Source: an uncultured Gammaproteobacteria bacterium | GTDB taxonomy: Bacteria; Pseudomonadota; Gammaproteobacteria; Enterobacterales; Psychrobiaceae | DNA: 24,000 bases | Assembly (NCBI GenBank): GCA_937139475.1 | Contig: CAKZQF010000203.1 | Span: forward strand, 38,432-62,431 | Direction of reading: 5' to 3' | Shown here: one piece after another, positions 1 through 9,159 of the stretch | Layout of the letters: each line of letters begins with the position of its first letter | Position numbering within the stretch: position 1 is the first letter of the stretch | The notes under the pieces: model-generated | What the model saw: only the letters and a program-made list of their open reading frames with translations | Database searches by the model: none | Told to the model about the DNA's origin: nothing | Program-made: the position numbers and the translations under genes

Positions 1-741
1 TCAAAAGAGGCTGTCGCGCCGCATCTTAATGCAGGGGCTAAAAAAGTTATTATCTCAGCACCAGCAAAGAATGTTGATGCCACTATTGTTCACGGGGTTA
101 ACCACGATGAGCTGACTAGTGATATGACGGTGATTTCAAATGCATCATGTACAACCAACTGTTTAGCACCATTTGCCAAAGTCCTGAATGATGAAATCGG
201 TATTGAATCTGGCTTAATGACCACGATTCATGCGTATACTAATGATCAGGTATTGTCAGATGTGTCCCACAGCGATTTACGTCGTGCACGAGCAGCTGCA
301 ATGTCAATGATCCCAACTAATACCGGTGCCGCAGCTGCCGTTGGTTTAGTGGTTCCTGCGCTAAAAGGAAAGTTTGATGGCTTAGCGGTACGCGTGCCAA
401 CGTCGAATGTATCACTTGTCGATTTATCCTTTATCGCCCAGCGCGATACTAGTGTTGAAGAAATAAACCAGCTTATTGCAGAAGCTGCTTGTAGTACGCC
501 TCTTAGCAAAGTGTTAGGTGTAAACAGCCTGCCACTGGTATCAATTGACTTTAACCATAACCCACTTTCAAGTGTATTTGATGCAACGCAAACTCGTGTT
601 TCTGGTCGTTTGGTCAAGGTAATGGCTTGGTATGATAACGAGTGGGGCTTTAGTAATCGTATGCTTGATAATGCAGTGGCGTTGATGCAAGCACCAAAGG
701 CTGTTGATGTAAAAAAGTTTGAAGCGGCGGAGTTAGTTTAA
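1..741 (+). CDS. gap: Glyceraldehyde-3-phosphate dehydrogenase, type I (5' end outside the window)
   Basis: Frame 1 is open from base 1 and runs into ORF 124..741. It contains the catalytic motif [12 protein letters not shown], plus AYTNDQ and WYDNEWGF, which are typical of GapA-type GAPDH. AYTNDQ argues against Epd. Confidence 0.9.
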   Translation, partial: SKEAVAPHLNAGAKKVIISAPAKNVDATIVHGVNHDELTSDMTVISNASCTTNCLAPFAKVLNDEIGIESGLMTTIHAYTNDQVLSDVSHSDLRRARAAAMSMIPTNTGAAAAVGLVVPALKGKFDGLAVRVPTSNVSLVDLSFIAQRDTSVEEINQLIAEAACSTPLSKVLGVNSLPLVSIDFNHNPLSSVFDATQTRVSGRLVKVMAWYDNEWGFSNRMLDNAVALMQAPKAVDVKKFEAAELV

Positions 742-774
742 TTCGTCGGGATTAATTACATTAAATTCGGTAAT

Positions 775-1119
775 ATGAAGGCTATGGAAAATAATAGTCA
801 ACGCATATTATCAGTAGTGCGATTAATCCCAGCCTCTATGGTTGCCAGTTATGGTCAGGTGGCAGATTTAGCGGGATTACCAAAGCGCGCACGATTGGTA
901 AGTAAGGTTTTAAAAAGTACCAATGACCAGAGCATACCTTGGCATCGAGTCGTTAATAGCCAGGGAAAAGTATCGATTCCTAAATCTTTGCCTGCTCATC
1001 AATTGCAACTTGGTTTGCTGCGAGATGAAGGCGTTGAGATTAAAGGAATTAGTGTCAACATGAAAAAACACCGCTGGCAGCCGAGTATCGATACTTTGTT
1101 GTTTCAATTAAGTTATTAA
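775..1119 (+). CDS. ybaZ: Alkyltransferase-like (ATL) protein, MGMT-family DNA-binding domain, YbaZ-like
   Basis: The 114-aa product aligns by eye with E. coli YbaZ (YG.VA.LAG.P..AR.V...LK). The active-site pentapeptide is PWHRV, with Trp in place of the Cys of PCHRV, which is the ATL hallmark. The start is uncertain (ATG 775 or ATG 784) and neither has a good RBS. Confidence 0.8.
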   Translation: MKAMENNSQRILSVVRLIPASMVASYGQVADLAGLPKRARLVSKVLKSTNDQSIPWHRVVNSQGKVSIPKSLPAHQLQLGLLRDEGVEIKGISVNMKKHRWQPSIDTLLFQLSY

Positions 1120-1144
1120 GTAAAGGGCCCTAGAGGGCAATATA

Positions 1145-2614
1145 ATGAATAAAAATATACCTAATACCGCTTCTGATATCGTCCTGTTTGGTTGTCAGGG
1201 AGATTTGACCCGTCGTAAACTACTTGCTTCTCTCTACCAATTAGAAAAAGCCAAGTTGCTTGATAAAGATTCTCGCATTATTGGTGTCGCAAGAGGTGAA
1301 TTGTCTGACAAGGATTACGCCGGTGAAGTACGTGCAAATTTAGCTCAGTTTATTGATGAGCCGTTGGATAAAGATGCTGTTGATGCATTTGTTGCTAAAG
1401 TAAGTTACTTACAGCTAGATCTAATGGATGAATCGAGCTTTACTAAATTAAAAGATTGCTTAGGTAAATCCACTAACACATTAATTAGTTATTTTGCTGT
1501 ACCGGCTTTTATCTACGGTAATATTTGTCAAGGGCTGGCTTTTGCTGGACTAAATCATCAAAACTCACGAGTGGTATTAGAAAAGCCTATTGGTCATGAT
1601 TTAATTTCCTCAAATGAAGTTAACGATCAAGTTGCCAAATATTTCACTGAACAACAAACCTATCGTATCGACCACTATTTAGGTAAGGAAACGGTACTAA
1701 ACCTGCTTGATTTACGCTTTGCTAATTCACTGTTCTCTTCCAAGTGGGATAACAGCACAATCGATCATGTGCAAATAAGTGTTGCCGAAGAAGTTGGTAT
1801 TGAAGGCCGTTGGGGCTACTTTGACCAAGCCGGTCAAATGCGTGATATGTTGCAAAATCACCTGATTCAGATATTAACACTCGTTGCAATGGATCCTCCA
1901 CTGAGTCTTGACGCTGATAATATTCGTGACGAAAAGGTAAAAGTATTAAAAGCGCTACGCCCGATTGACGTGAGCAACGTCTTTGAGAACAGCGTACGTG
2001 GCCAATACAGCAACGGATTTTTGCACGGCAAAGCAGTTCCCGGCTACCTTGAAGAAGAGGGCGCAAACACTGCCAGCAATACTGAATCATTTGTCGCTCT
2101 TAAAGCTGAAATTGATAACTGGCGTTGGGCTGGTGTGCCATTCTATCTACGAACTGGCAAGCGTATGGCTAATAAAGTCTCGGAGATTGTTGTCTACTTT
2201 AAAAACCCAAGCCATAACCTATTTAAAGAATACTATCGCGAATTACCTGCCAATAAGCTAACCATTCGTCTGCAGCCTCAAGAGGGTGTAGAAATTCAAA
2301 TGCTAAATAAAGTGCCGGGTCTGGTAGAGAACCAGCGCCTGCAAACAACCAAGCTAGATTTAAGTTTCAGTCAGGCATTTGAAGGGCAGCGTATCGCCGA
2401 TGCTTATGAGCGTTTACTACTTGAAGTTATCAATGGCAACCAAGCACTCTTTGTACGTCGTGATGAAGTGGAAGCCTCTTGGAATTGGTGTGATGGGATC
2501 TTGGAAGCCTGGGAAAAATCGGGCCAACCACTGGCAACTTACCCTGCGGGGAGCTCTGGTCCGGTTGCTTCTGTTGGGTTAATAGCCCGTGATGGCCGCG
2601 CGTGGGATGAATAA
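1145..2614 (+). CDS. zwf: Glucose-6-phosphate 1-dehydrogenase
   Basis: 489 aa. Carries the RIDHYLGKE signature, an N-terminal dinucleotide-binding segment (LFGCQGDLTRRKL) and full-length similarity to enterobacterial Zwf. Confidence 0.95.
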   Translation: MNKNIPNTASDIVLFGCQGDLTRRKLLASLYQLEKAKLLDKDSRIIGVARGELSDKDYAGEVRANLAQFIDEPLDKDAVDAFVAKVSYLQLDLMDESSFTKLKDCLGKSTNTLISYFAVPAFIYGNICQGLAFAGLNHQNSRVVLEKPIGHDLISSNEVNDQVAKYFTEQQTYRIDHYLGKETVLNLLDLRFANSLFSSKWDNSTIDHVQISVAEEVGIEGRWGYFDQAGQMRDMLQNHLIQILTLVAMDPPLSLDADNIRDEKVKVLKALRPIDVSNVFENSVRGQYSNGFLHGKAVPGYLEEEGANTASNTESFVALKAEIDNWRWAGVPFYLRTGKRMANKVSEIVVYFKNPSHNLFKEYYRELPANKLTIRLQPQEGVEIQMLNKVPGLVENQRLQTTKLDLSFSQAFEGQRIADAYERLLLEVINGNQALFVRRDEVEASWNWCDGILEAWEKSGQPLATYPAGSSGPVASVGLIARDGRAWDE

Positions 2615-2615
2615 T

Positions 2616-3302
2616 ATGAAGATTACTCAATTTGAAAATAGTGTAGAAATGACCAGTTTTTTAGCTAAAGATATTGTCAGCAAACTGACCGCTGCGATAG
2701 CTGAAAAAGGCCAAGCTGTACTTTTAGTTTCTGGTGGGCGCTCTCCAATTGCACTATTTGAACAACTTAGTCAAAGTGATATCGCTTGGGACAAGGTGAT
2801 TATTTCATTGGTTGATGATCGCTGGGTTGATGCGACTCATCAAGATAGTAATGAAAATTTAGTGAAGCAGTATTTATTAGTCAATAAGGCGGCAGCTGCG
2901 CAATTTATCGGTCTAGTGACTCAAGGTGATAGTGCTTTTAGTCATATTGAGCAATCTATTGCAGCAATCGCTGATATTAAAGCAATTGATGTGATGATCT
3001 TAGGGATGGGTGAAGATGGTCATACCGCATCGATATTCCCTTGTAGTGAACAAGTTACACAGGCAATGAGTAAAGACAACCATAGTCGCTTGATTGCTAC
3101 TTTACCAACGACGGCTCCTTATGAGCGTGTTAGTTTTACCCTCAATGAGATTTTAGCGGCCAAGCAAGTCTATTTACCACTAAGTGGCAAAAACAAAACT
3201 CGTGTGTTTGAACAAGCACAGCAACTTGAAGACTTAGCTAAAATGCCGATTAGTGCCGTTATACAGCAACACCCTGCGCTTGACGTGCTTATTAGCCGTT
3301 AA
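2616..3302 (+). CDS. pgl: 6-phosphogluconolactonase
   Basis: Contains GMGEDGHTASIFP and SGGRSP motifs (DevB/Pgl type). ATG 2616 lies 1 nt after the zwf stop (TAA 2612-2614). The ORF-track start at 2589 would overlap zwf and is probably an over-extension. Confidence 0.88.
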   Translation: MKITQFENSVEMTSFLAKDIVSKLTAAIAEKGQAVLLVSGGRSPIALFEQLSQSDIAWDKVIISLVDDRWVDATHQDSNENLVKQYLLVNKAAAAQFIGLVTQGDSAFSHIEQSIAAIADIKAIDVMILGMGEDGHTASIFPCSEQVTQAMSKDNHSRLIATLPTTAPYERVSFTLNEILAAKQVYLPLSGKNKTRVFEQAQQLEDLAKMPISAVIQQHPALDVLISR

Positions 3303-3328
3303 ATATTCGCAGGTATATAGGACAGATT

Positions 3329-5146
3329 ATGAATCCAGTTATTGATAGAGTTACCCAACGAATTATCGAGCGCAGTAAAGCGACTCGCCAAGCATATCTT
3401 GATAAAATTGCTGCCGCTCGTAGCAAAGGGCCAATGCGTGGCGCTTTATCTTGTGGCAATCTTGCCCACGGCGTTGCCGCTTGTGGTAAAGAAGTAAAAG
3501 ACGATTTAAAGTCACTGACAAAAGCAAATATCGGCATTGTATCATCGTACAATGACATGCTTAGTGCCCATCAACCATATGAAACTTATCCGAACCAATT
3601 AAAAGCCGCAATTAGAGCCGAGGGTAGTGTTGCCCAGTTTGTTTCTGGTGTGCCAGCAATGTGTGACGGTGTTACGCAAGGCCAACCAGGAATGGAACTT
3701 AGTTTGCTCAGCCGTGATGTGATTGCCATGACCACCGCTGTTGGCTTATCTCATAACATGTTCGATGGTAGTTTAATGCTTGGTATTTGTGACAAGATTG
3801 TTCCTGGTCTACTGCTTGGCTCGTTAAGCTTTGGTCATCTACCAACGATTTTTGTTCCTGCTGGCCCAATGCCATCAGGGATCCCAAATAAACAGAAAGC
3901 CGCAGTTCGACAGGCCTATGCCAAAGGTGAAGCGAGTAAAGACCAATTGCTAGATGCGGAGATGTCATCCTATCACTCGGCTGGTACCTGTACATTCTAT
4001 GGTACGGCTAACTCTAACCAACTCGTGGTTGAGATGATGGGGCTACAGTTACCTGGCTCATCGTTTGTACCACCTAATGGTGGTTTGCGTGATGCGCTAA
4101 CTGATTTTGCTGCTAAGCAAGTATGTCGTATCACTGATCAAGCGGGTAACTACACACCAATTGGTGAAATTGTCGATGAAAAATCTTTGGTAAATGGCAT
4201 TGTAGGCCTGTTAGCCACTGGTGGTTCAACTAACTTAACCATGCATTTGGTGGCTGTTGCACGAGCTGCAGGTGTGATTATCGATTGGAGCGATATGGCT
4301 GAGTTGTCAACTGCCGTTCCGCTACTGACTCGTATTTATCCAAATGGTGAAGCCGATGTAAACCATTTCCAACAAGCTGGTGGTATGGCTCTGCTGGTGC
4401 GTGAACTACTGCAAGGAGGTTACCTACATAATGATGTTAAGACAATTGTTGGTCAGGGACTTGAGCGCTACACATTAGTGCCAACGATGGTTGATGGCCA
4501 ATTAGATTGGCTCGATGCGCCGGAAAAAAGCGGTGATAGCACCGTACTTACCACTGTTGAAAATGCTTTTCAAAGTCATGGTGGCTTACAGCTACTTGCC
4601 GGTAATTTGGGGCGCGGTGTCATTAAGACTTCTTCACTTAAGGATGAGCAGTTAGTCGTTCAAGCCCCAGCCGTTATTTTTGAATCACAACATGATTTAG
4701 ATAAGGCCTTCCATGCTGGTGAACTGAATAAAGACTGCGTTGTTGTGGTTCGTTTCCAAGGCCCAAGAGCGATTGGTATGCCTGAACTACATAAGTTAAC
4801 ACCGCCGCTATCAGTACTTCAATCACAAGGCTATAAAGTTGCCTTGGTAACCGATGGCCGAATGTCCGGTGCATCGGGCAATGTGCCTGCTGCGATTCAT
4901 TTGACGCCTGAAGCTATTGACGGCTCGTTATTAGCCAAAGTTGTTGAAGGCGATATGATCCGTTTAGATGCTAATACGGGCGAGCTAACGTTGCTTGTTG
5001 ATAAGCAAGCATTAGCGCATCGACAGAATGCTGTTCCAGATTTAGATAGCAGCCGTGTTGGTATGGGACGCGAACTGTTTGGTGCTATGCGTAGTCAACT
5101 ATCAGGTGCAGAGCAAGGTGCTTGCTCGCTATTTGCAAAGGGCTAG
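3329..5146 (+). CDS. edd: Phosphogluconate dehydratase (Entner-Doudoroff)
   Basis: 605 aa. The N-terminus MNP...RVT.RIIERS..TR.AYL and the motif CGNLAHG..AC closely parallel E. coli Edd. IlvD/Edd family. Confidence 0.95.
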   Translation: MNPVIDRVTQRIIERSKATRQAYLDKIAAARSKGPMRGALSCGNLAHGVAACGKEVKDDLKSLTKANIGIVSSYNDMLSAHQPYETYPNQLKAAIRAEGSVAQFVSGVPAMCDGVTQGQPGMELSLLSRDVIAMTTAVGLSHNMFDGSLMLGICDKIVPGLLLGSLSFGHLPTIFVPAGPMPSGIPNKQKAAVRQAYAKGEASKDQLLDAEMSSYHSAGTCTFYGTANSNQLVVEMMGLQLPGSSFVPPNGGLRDALTDFAAKQVCRITDQAGNYTPIGEIVDEKSLVNGIVGLLATGGSTNLTMHLVAVARAAGVIIDWSDMAELSTAVPLLTRIYPNGEADVNHFQQAGGMALLVRELLQGGYLHNDVKTIVGQGLERYTLVPTMVDGQLDWLDAPEKSGDSTVLTTVENAFQSHGGLQLLAGNLGRGVIKTSSLKDEQLVVQAPAVIFESQHDLDKAFHAGELNKDCVVVVRFQGPRAIGMPELHKLTPPLSVLQSQGYKVALVTDGRMSGASGNVPAAIHLTPEAIDGSLLAKVVEGDMIRLDANTGELTLLVDKQALAHRQNAVPDLDSSRVGMGRELFGAMRSQLSGAEQGACSLFAKG

Positions 5147-5150
5147 GTCG

Positions 5151-6116
5151 ATGAAAGTGATGGATCTTATCGCTGATGTCGGGGGCACTAACATCCGCTT
5201 AGCGTTGCTTGATGGCAATAATCAATATGATGTTGAATGCTTCAAGTGCAATGACTTTGAGTCGCTGGAGGCAGTGGTAGCCCATTACCTTGATGATAAA
5301 GAGCAAGTGACGGTATCCGATGCGTGTTTTGGCGTTGCTGGACCAGTACATGGTGAAGTGTTCACCATGACTAACCTTGGCTGGACTTTTTCAGCGCAGT
5401 CACTGAAAGCCAAAATAGGCTTTGATAATGTCTACTTTATTAATGATTACACCGCAATATCTATGTCGATACCCTTGCTGACACATAGTGATTTGAGTGT
5501 TATTCACCCCGCTAAGAGCGAGGAGGCTGCGCCACGGATTATTTGTGGTCCCGGCACCGGACTGGGGGTAGCACAATTAATCAAGGTCGGCGATTTTTAC
5601 GAGTGTATTAGCGGCGAAGGAGGGCATGGTGAGTTTGCCCCTAATAATTTACGCCAGCTTAAGGTGCTTGAGGCCTTAATGGTTAAGTTTGAGCATGTTT
5701 CAGCTGAACGCCTACTGTCAGGCCAGGGGATCGTGAATATTTATCAATCGCTTGCTGCGATTGAAAACATTGAACCACAGCAATTTGATGCCAGCCAAAT
5801 CAGTGCACGCTACATTAACGGGAGCGATCCCTTGTGCATTGAAGCGATGGAACTATTTTGCGATGTCTTGGCACAGTTCCTTGGCAATATGGTGCTTAAT
5901 AGTGGTGCGTTTGGTGGAGTCTATATCGCGGGGGGAATACTCCCACGCATTATAGATTACATTGATACTGAACGCTTTATTAGCGCCTACTCTAAAAAAG
6001 GTCGCTTTAAGAACTATGTTCTAAATGCGCCTATCTATTTAATTACACAAGAACAGCCAGGCTTAATTGGTGCTTGTGTCTATTTAAACCAAGAAAAGCG
6101 AAAAGGAAATATTTAA
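5151..6116 (+). CDS. glk: Glucokinase
   Basis: From ATG 5151 the product is 321 aa, the same length as E. coli Glk, with the DVGGTNIRLAL ATP-binding motif. The ORF-track start at 5055 overlaps edd by 92 nt and is rejected. Confidence 0.9.
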   Translation: MKVMDLIADVGGTNIRLALLDGNNQYDVECFKCNDFESLEAVVAHYLDDKEQVTVSDACFGVAGPVHGEVFTMTNLGWTFSAQSLKAKIGFDNVYFINDYTAISMSIPLLTHSDLSVIHPAKSEEAAPRIICGPGTGLGVAQLIKVGDFYECISGEGGHGEFAPNNLRQLKVLEALMVKFEHVSAERLLSGQGIVNIYQSLAAIENIEPQQFDASQISARYINGSDPLCIEAMELFCDVLAQFLGNMVLNSGAFGGVYIAGGILPRIIDYIDTERFISAYSKKGRFKNYVLNAPIYLITQEQPGLIGACVYLNQEKRKGNI

Positions 6117-6760
6117 TGAGTCACAGTCATTGGACATTGCAACCAAGCAAGTTATTTAAATCTGGACCGGTTGTGCCAGTTATCGTCATTAGTGAATTGT
6201 CACAGGCATTACCACTCGCTAAGGCATTACTTGATGGTGGTGTAAATGTTATGGAAGTGACACTGCGCACTGAACATGGCTTGGCTGCGATTGAAGCGAT
6301 TGCTAAGGCATACCCCCAAGCGCTTATCGGTGCTGGAACGGTTGTAAATACGCAGCAATTGGCTGATGTTGAGCAAGCTGGCGGTATGTTTGCAATTAGC
6401 CCCGGTGCAACACCTGCGTTATTAGCGGCAGGAGCTAAAAGTAAAATGTCCTTTATCCCTGGTGTTACATCGCCTTCAGAATTGATGGTCGGTTTAGAGT
6501 ATGGATACGATCACTTTAAGTTTTTCCCGGCAGAAGCTAGTGGTGGCATACCGGCACTAAAAGCGTTAAGTGCACCTTTTGGTGGCATTACTATTTGCCC
6601 AACGGGTGGCATTTCATTAAAAAATGCCAAAGATTACTTAGCATTAGATTTTGTACATTGTATCGGTGGCAGCTGGATCGTGCCAATGGATTTGGTTGAA
6701 GCTGGCGAATGGGAAAAAATTACTCAGCTATGCAAAGAGGCCGTTAGCGCGCTAAGTTAA
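6116..6760 (+). CDS. eda: KDPG / KHG aldolase
   Basis: From ATG 6116 the product is 214 aa, and the start overlaps the glk stop as TAATG. An AAGGAA RBS lies upstream. Contains PV(I)V, EVTLRT and GAGTV motifs of Eda. Confidence 0.9.
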   Translation: MSHSHWTLQPSKLFKSGPVVPVIVISELSQALPLAKALLDGGVNVMEVTLRTEHGLAAIEAIAKAYPQALIGAGTVVNTQQLADVEQAGGMFAISPGATPALLAAGAKSKMSFIPGVTSPSELMVGLEYGYDHFKFFPAEASGGIPALKALSAPFGGITICPTGGISLKNAKDYLALDFVHCIGGSWIVPMDLVEAGEWEKITQLCKEAVSALS

Positions 6761-6802
6761 CAGCAATCAAAGTTTTCACTTTTGTCTACGTAGACGTTTC
6801 CG

Positions 6803-6836
6803 CCACACCCTGCGCTATGCTTGGTGTGGTTTTTTT
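6803..6836 (+). terminator. Rho-independent terminator closing the zwf-eda cluster
   Basis: CCACACC (6803-6809) pairs with GGTGTGG (6823-6829) across a 13-nt loop, followed by a run of 7 T (6830-6836). Confidence 0.65.
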
Positions 6837-6906
6837 ATTGCTAAAACGATTTGGCCGATAGTGATATTGAGTTTTCATTTTGCTTTAAGCTGCACTAGTT
6901 TATGTG

Positions 6907-8070
6907 TTAGCTAACATGTTCTAAAGCTTGGCTTAGATCGTCAATTAGATCCTCGACATCTTCTAGCCCAATGTGCAGCCGAATGACTGGATTTTTTTCG
7001 GCCCAGGGTTTAGCTGTACGTAAATAATCTAAGCCATTTACTCGCAGAACCAGGCTTTCAAACCCACCCCAACTAAAGCCCATTTTAAAGTGCTCCAGGC
7101 TATCTAAAAACTTGTTTACCGATGCATCATCGCCACCATTTAATACAAATGAGAATAAGCCATTGCCGCCGTTGAAATCGCGTTTGAAGAATTCGCTCCC
7201 TGGACAGTCATCAAATGCTGGATGTAACACAGATTTTACCGCAGGATGTGCTTTAAGCCAGTTAGCAACAGTTAATGCTGATTGTTCATGTTGCTTCATA
7301 CGAACACTTAGCGTGCGTAATCCGCGTAATGCCATATAGCAATCATCTGGACTGGCGCATTGGCCTAACAGGTAGCTGTGCTCGCGAAGCGTTGGCCAAT
7401 GCTTTTCGTTAGCGGTTGCTGTGCCCATCATTGCATCTGAGTGGCCTACGATATATTTGGTGGCTGCCTGTACTGAAATGTCGACACCGTAATCAAATGG
7501 TTTAAAGTTAATTCCGCTGCCCCACGTGTTGTCTAAAATTACTGTTATATCAGTTTCGTGAGCAATGCGAGATAAGGTAGGGACATCTTGAACTTCCATG
7601 GTATTAGAACCGGGTGATTCTAGAAATAAGACTCGTGTATTTGGGCGGATGAGTTCTTTTATTCCCGCACCTATCATCGGATCATAATAGGTGGTTTCTA
7701 TGCCTAAGCCAGTCAGGATTTTGTTGCAGAAATCACGTGTCGGCTCATACGCTGTATCCACCATTAATAAATGGTCCCCAGCCTTGAGAAAAGATAGCAA
7801 AGCACCTGTGATTGCGGCTGTGCCACAGGGATAAAGAGCGCAACCGACACCTCCTTCAAGCTCACACATTGCTTCACTAAAAGCGAAGCTGGTGCTCGTG
7901 CCACGACGACCATAAAAGAGTGTTTTATTGGCTCGATTAACAATCGCATGCTTCATGTCCTTGACGGTATCAAAAACAATGGTCGATGCTCGTTGAACAG
8001 GCGGATTAACGCTTCCATTAGTCCATTCTTTTCTACGGCCAGCGCTGACAATTTTAGTATCTTGCTTCAT
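6907..8070 (-). CDS. metC: Cystathionine beta-lyase
   Basis: 387 aa, near-colinear with E. coli MetC (GRR.....G.VN...QRAS..VFD..., FYGRRGT, PCGAAA, ATKY.VGHSDAM.G, IRLHIGLEDV.DLI.DL). AGGA RBS. Confidence 0.92.
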   Translation of the reverse strand: MKQDTKIVSAGRRKEWTNGSVNPPVQRASTIVFDTVKDMKHAIVNRANKTLFYGRRGTSTSFAFSEAMCELEGGVGCALYPCGTAAITGALLSFLKAGDHLLMVDTAYEPTRDFCNKILTGLGIETTYYDPMIGAGIKELIRPNTRVLFLESPGSNTMEVQDVPTLSRIAHETDITVILDNTWGSGINFKPFDYGVDISVQAATKYIVGHSDAMMGTATANEKHWPTLREHSYLLGQCASPDDCYMALRGLRTLSVRMKQHEQSALTVANWLKAHPAVKSVLHPAFDDCPGSEFFKRDFNGGNGLFSFVLNGGDDASVNKFLDSLEHFKMGFSWGGFESLVLRVNGLDYLRTAKPWAEKNPVIRLHIGLEDVEDLIDDLSQALEHVS

Positions 8071-8084
8071 TATATATTCCTATG

Positions 8085-8100
8085 AGACGTCTAGACATCC
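8085..8100 (-). promoter_or_regulatory. Tandem MetJ operator (met boxes)
   Basis: AGACGTCT (8085-8092) is a perfect match to the 8-bp met-box consensus. It directly abuts AGACATCC (8093-8100, 6/8). The pair sits 15-30 nt upstream of the metC start codon. Confidence 0.65.
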
Positions 8101-8269
8101 ATTAAACACTTAAATATCGTTTGGTGCACGTAATTCTTTATACTTTTTTGTTTGTAAACAAAATCAATTTTACATTGGAAGCAGCGAGATCAAAAAAATT
8201 ATGGTTTGTTCGGCGGTGACAAAACAATCATGATAAAATCCTGCCAAATTTCGTCTCACTGGAACCGTT

Positions 8270-9028
8270 GTGTCAAACCAAACATTACTCGAACCGATAC
8301 TAGACTTTCTGCACTGTCAAACACCGGATGAATGGATCGAACAGGCCAAAAAGCTAGAAAACCTGGAAGTACTCTTGTTAGATCACCTATTTTGTGAATT
8401 AAAAGCAGGCCAAACAGCGATGTTTTTAATTCGAAAATATGCGGTCGATAAACCAAGTAGTGATGCATTAGCAAAATGGTTTGAACCCTATGAGCAATAT
8501 GTTTATAAAAAAACTGGCACGATGGAAGGCTTATCAAAAAATAGCCATTTGGCAAAAGATATCGTTGCTAAAGAAGATTGTGTTTACGGTCAGGACCTGG
8601 TTAGTAAAATGGTGTTACTGATTAAGGAAGAATTACATCATTACTATCAAGTGCTTGAGATACTAGAAAAACGCGGTATTGAATTTAGAAGTATCAAGGC
8701 CGGTCGTTATGCAAAAAGCCTGATTAGAAAAGTCAAAACTTACGAGCCTGATGCGTTGGTCGATAAACTTATCATTGGTGCATATATTGAAGCACGTTCG
8801 TGCGAGCGCTTTGCAAAGCTTGCCCCGCATCTGGATGATGAGCTAAATAAATTCTATGTTTCGTTGTTGCGCTCGGAAGCCCGTCATTATCAAGATTATT
8901 TATCGCTGGCAAGGCAGGTTGCTGGTGGCGATATTAGCGAGAGGGTTGATTATTTTGGCAAGCTAGAAGCACAGTTAATTAGTGAAGAAGATAGCGATTT
9001 CAAATTTCATAGTGGCTTACCAATTTAA
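8270..9028 (+). CDS. miaE: tRNA-(ms2io6A37) hydroxylase MiaE (non-haem diiron)
   Basis: 252 aa with the MiaE-family layout: ELKAGQTA, EELHHY, EARSCERF and SEARHYQ (paired E..H diiron ligand motifs). GTG start with GGAA 5 nt upstream. Confidence 0.85.
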   Translation: MSNQTLLEPILDFLHCQTPDEWIEQAKKLENLEVLLLDHLFCELKAGQTAMFLIRKYAVDKPSSDALAKWFEPYEQYVYKKTGTMEGLSKNSHLAKDIVAKEDCVYGQDLVSKMVLLIKEELHHYYQVLEILEKRGIEFRSIKAGRYAKSLIRKVKTYEPDALVDKLIIGAYIEARSCERFAKLAPHLDDELNKFYVSLLRSEARHYQDYLSLARQVAGGDISERVDYFGKLEAQLISEEDSDFKFHSGLPI

Positions 9029-9159
9029 GTTATTCGATAAAAGAATGGTGCTAAAGCATTAATTTTATAAATTGGCTGGTACAGATGGCGGTGTCTGTGG
9101 TGTAATAATCACGAACTAGTCAGTTCTGTAATTAGCCCACAACAGATGAAGATAACAAG

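Noticed and set aside
246-617. Antisense or alternate-frame ORFs nested inside well-supported genes. Examples: 246-617(-), 910-1107(-), 1722-2090(-), 1983-2261(+), 2379-2582(+), 2430-2630(-), 3292-3558(-), 3363-3545(-), 3708-3995(-), 4674-4874(-), 5752-5955(+), 7112-7339(+), 7764-7949(-), 8256-8555(-), 10202-10387(+), 10305-10565(-), 13648-13836(-), 17650-17877(+), 17756-18016(-), 21216-21407(+), 21814-21999(-), 23339-23551(-).
   Set aside because: Each lies entirely within a gene whose product has clear family signatures. Their translations are low-complexity or Arg/Ser/Leu-rich, as expected from off-frame reading. None has an evident RBS.
750-775. A HexR-like operator between gap and ybaZ (ATTACA ... 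GTAAT).
   Set aside because: Only an ATTAC-N10-GTAAT dyad is present. The expected TGTAAT-N(3-5)-ATTACA or TTGT-N7/8-ACAA arrangement is not, so at best this is a half-site.
6784-6795. A perfect 12-bp palindrome, GTCTACGTAGAC, just before the eda terminator. It loosely resembles met-box halves.
   Set aside because: It is too short to stand alone and does not match the AGACGTCT tandem register. It lies in a 3' region with no obvious target promoter, so it may simply add to terminator structure.
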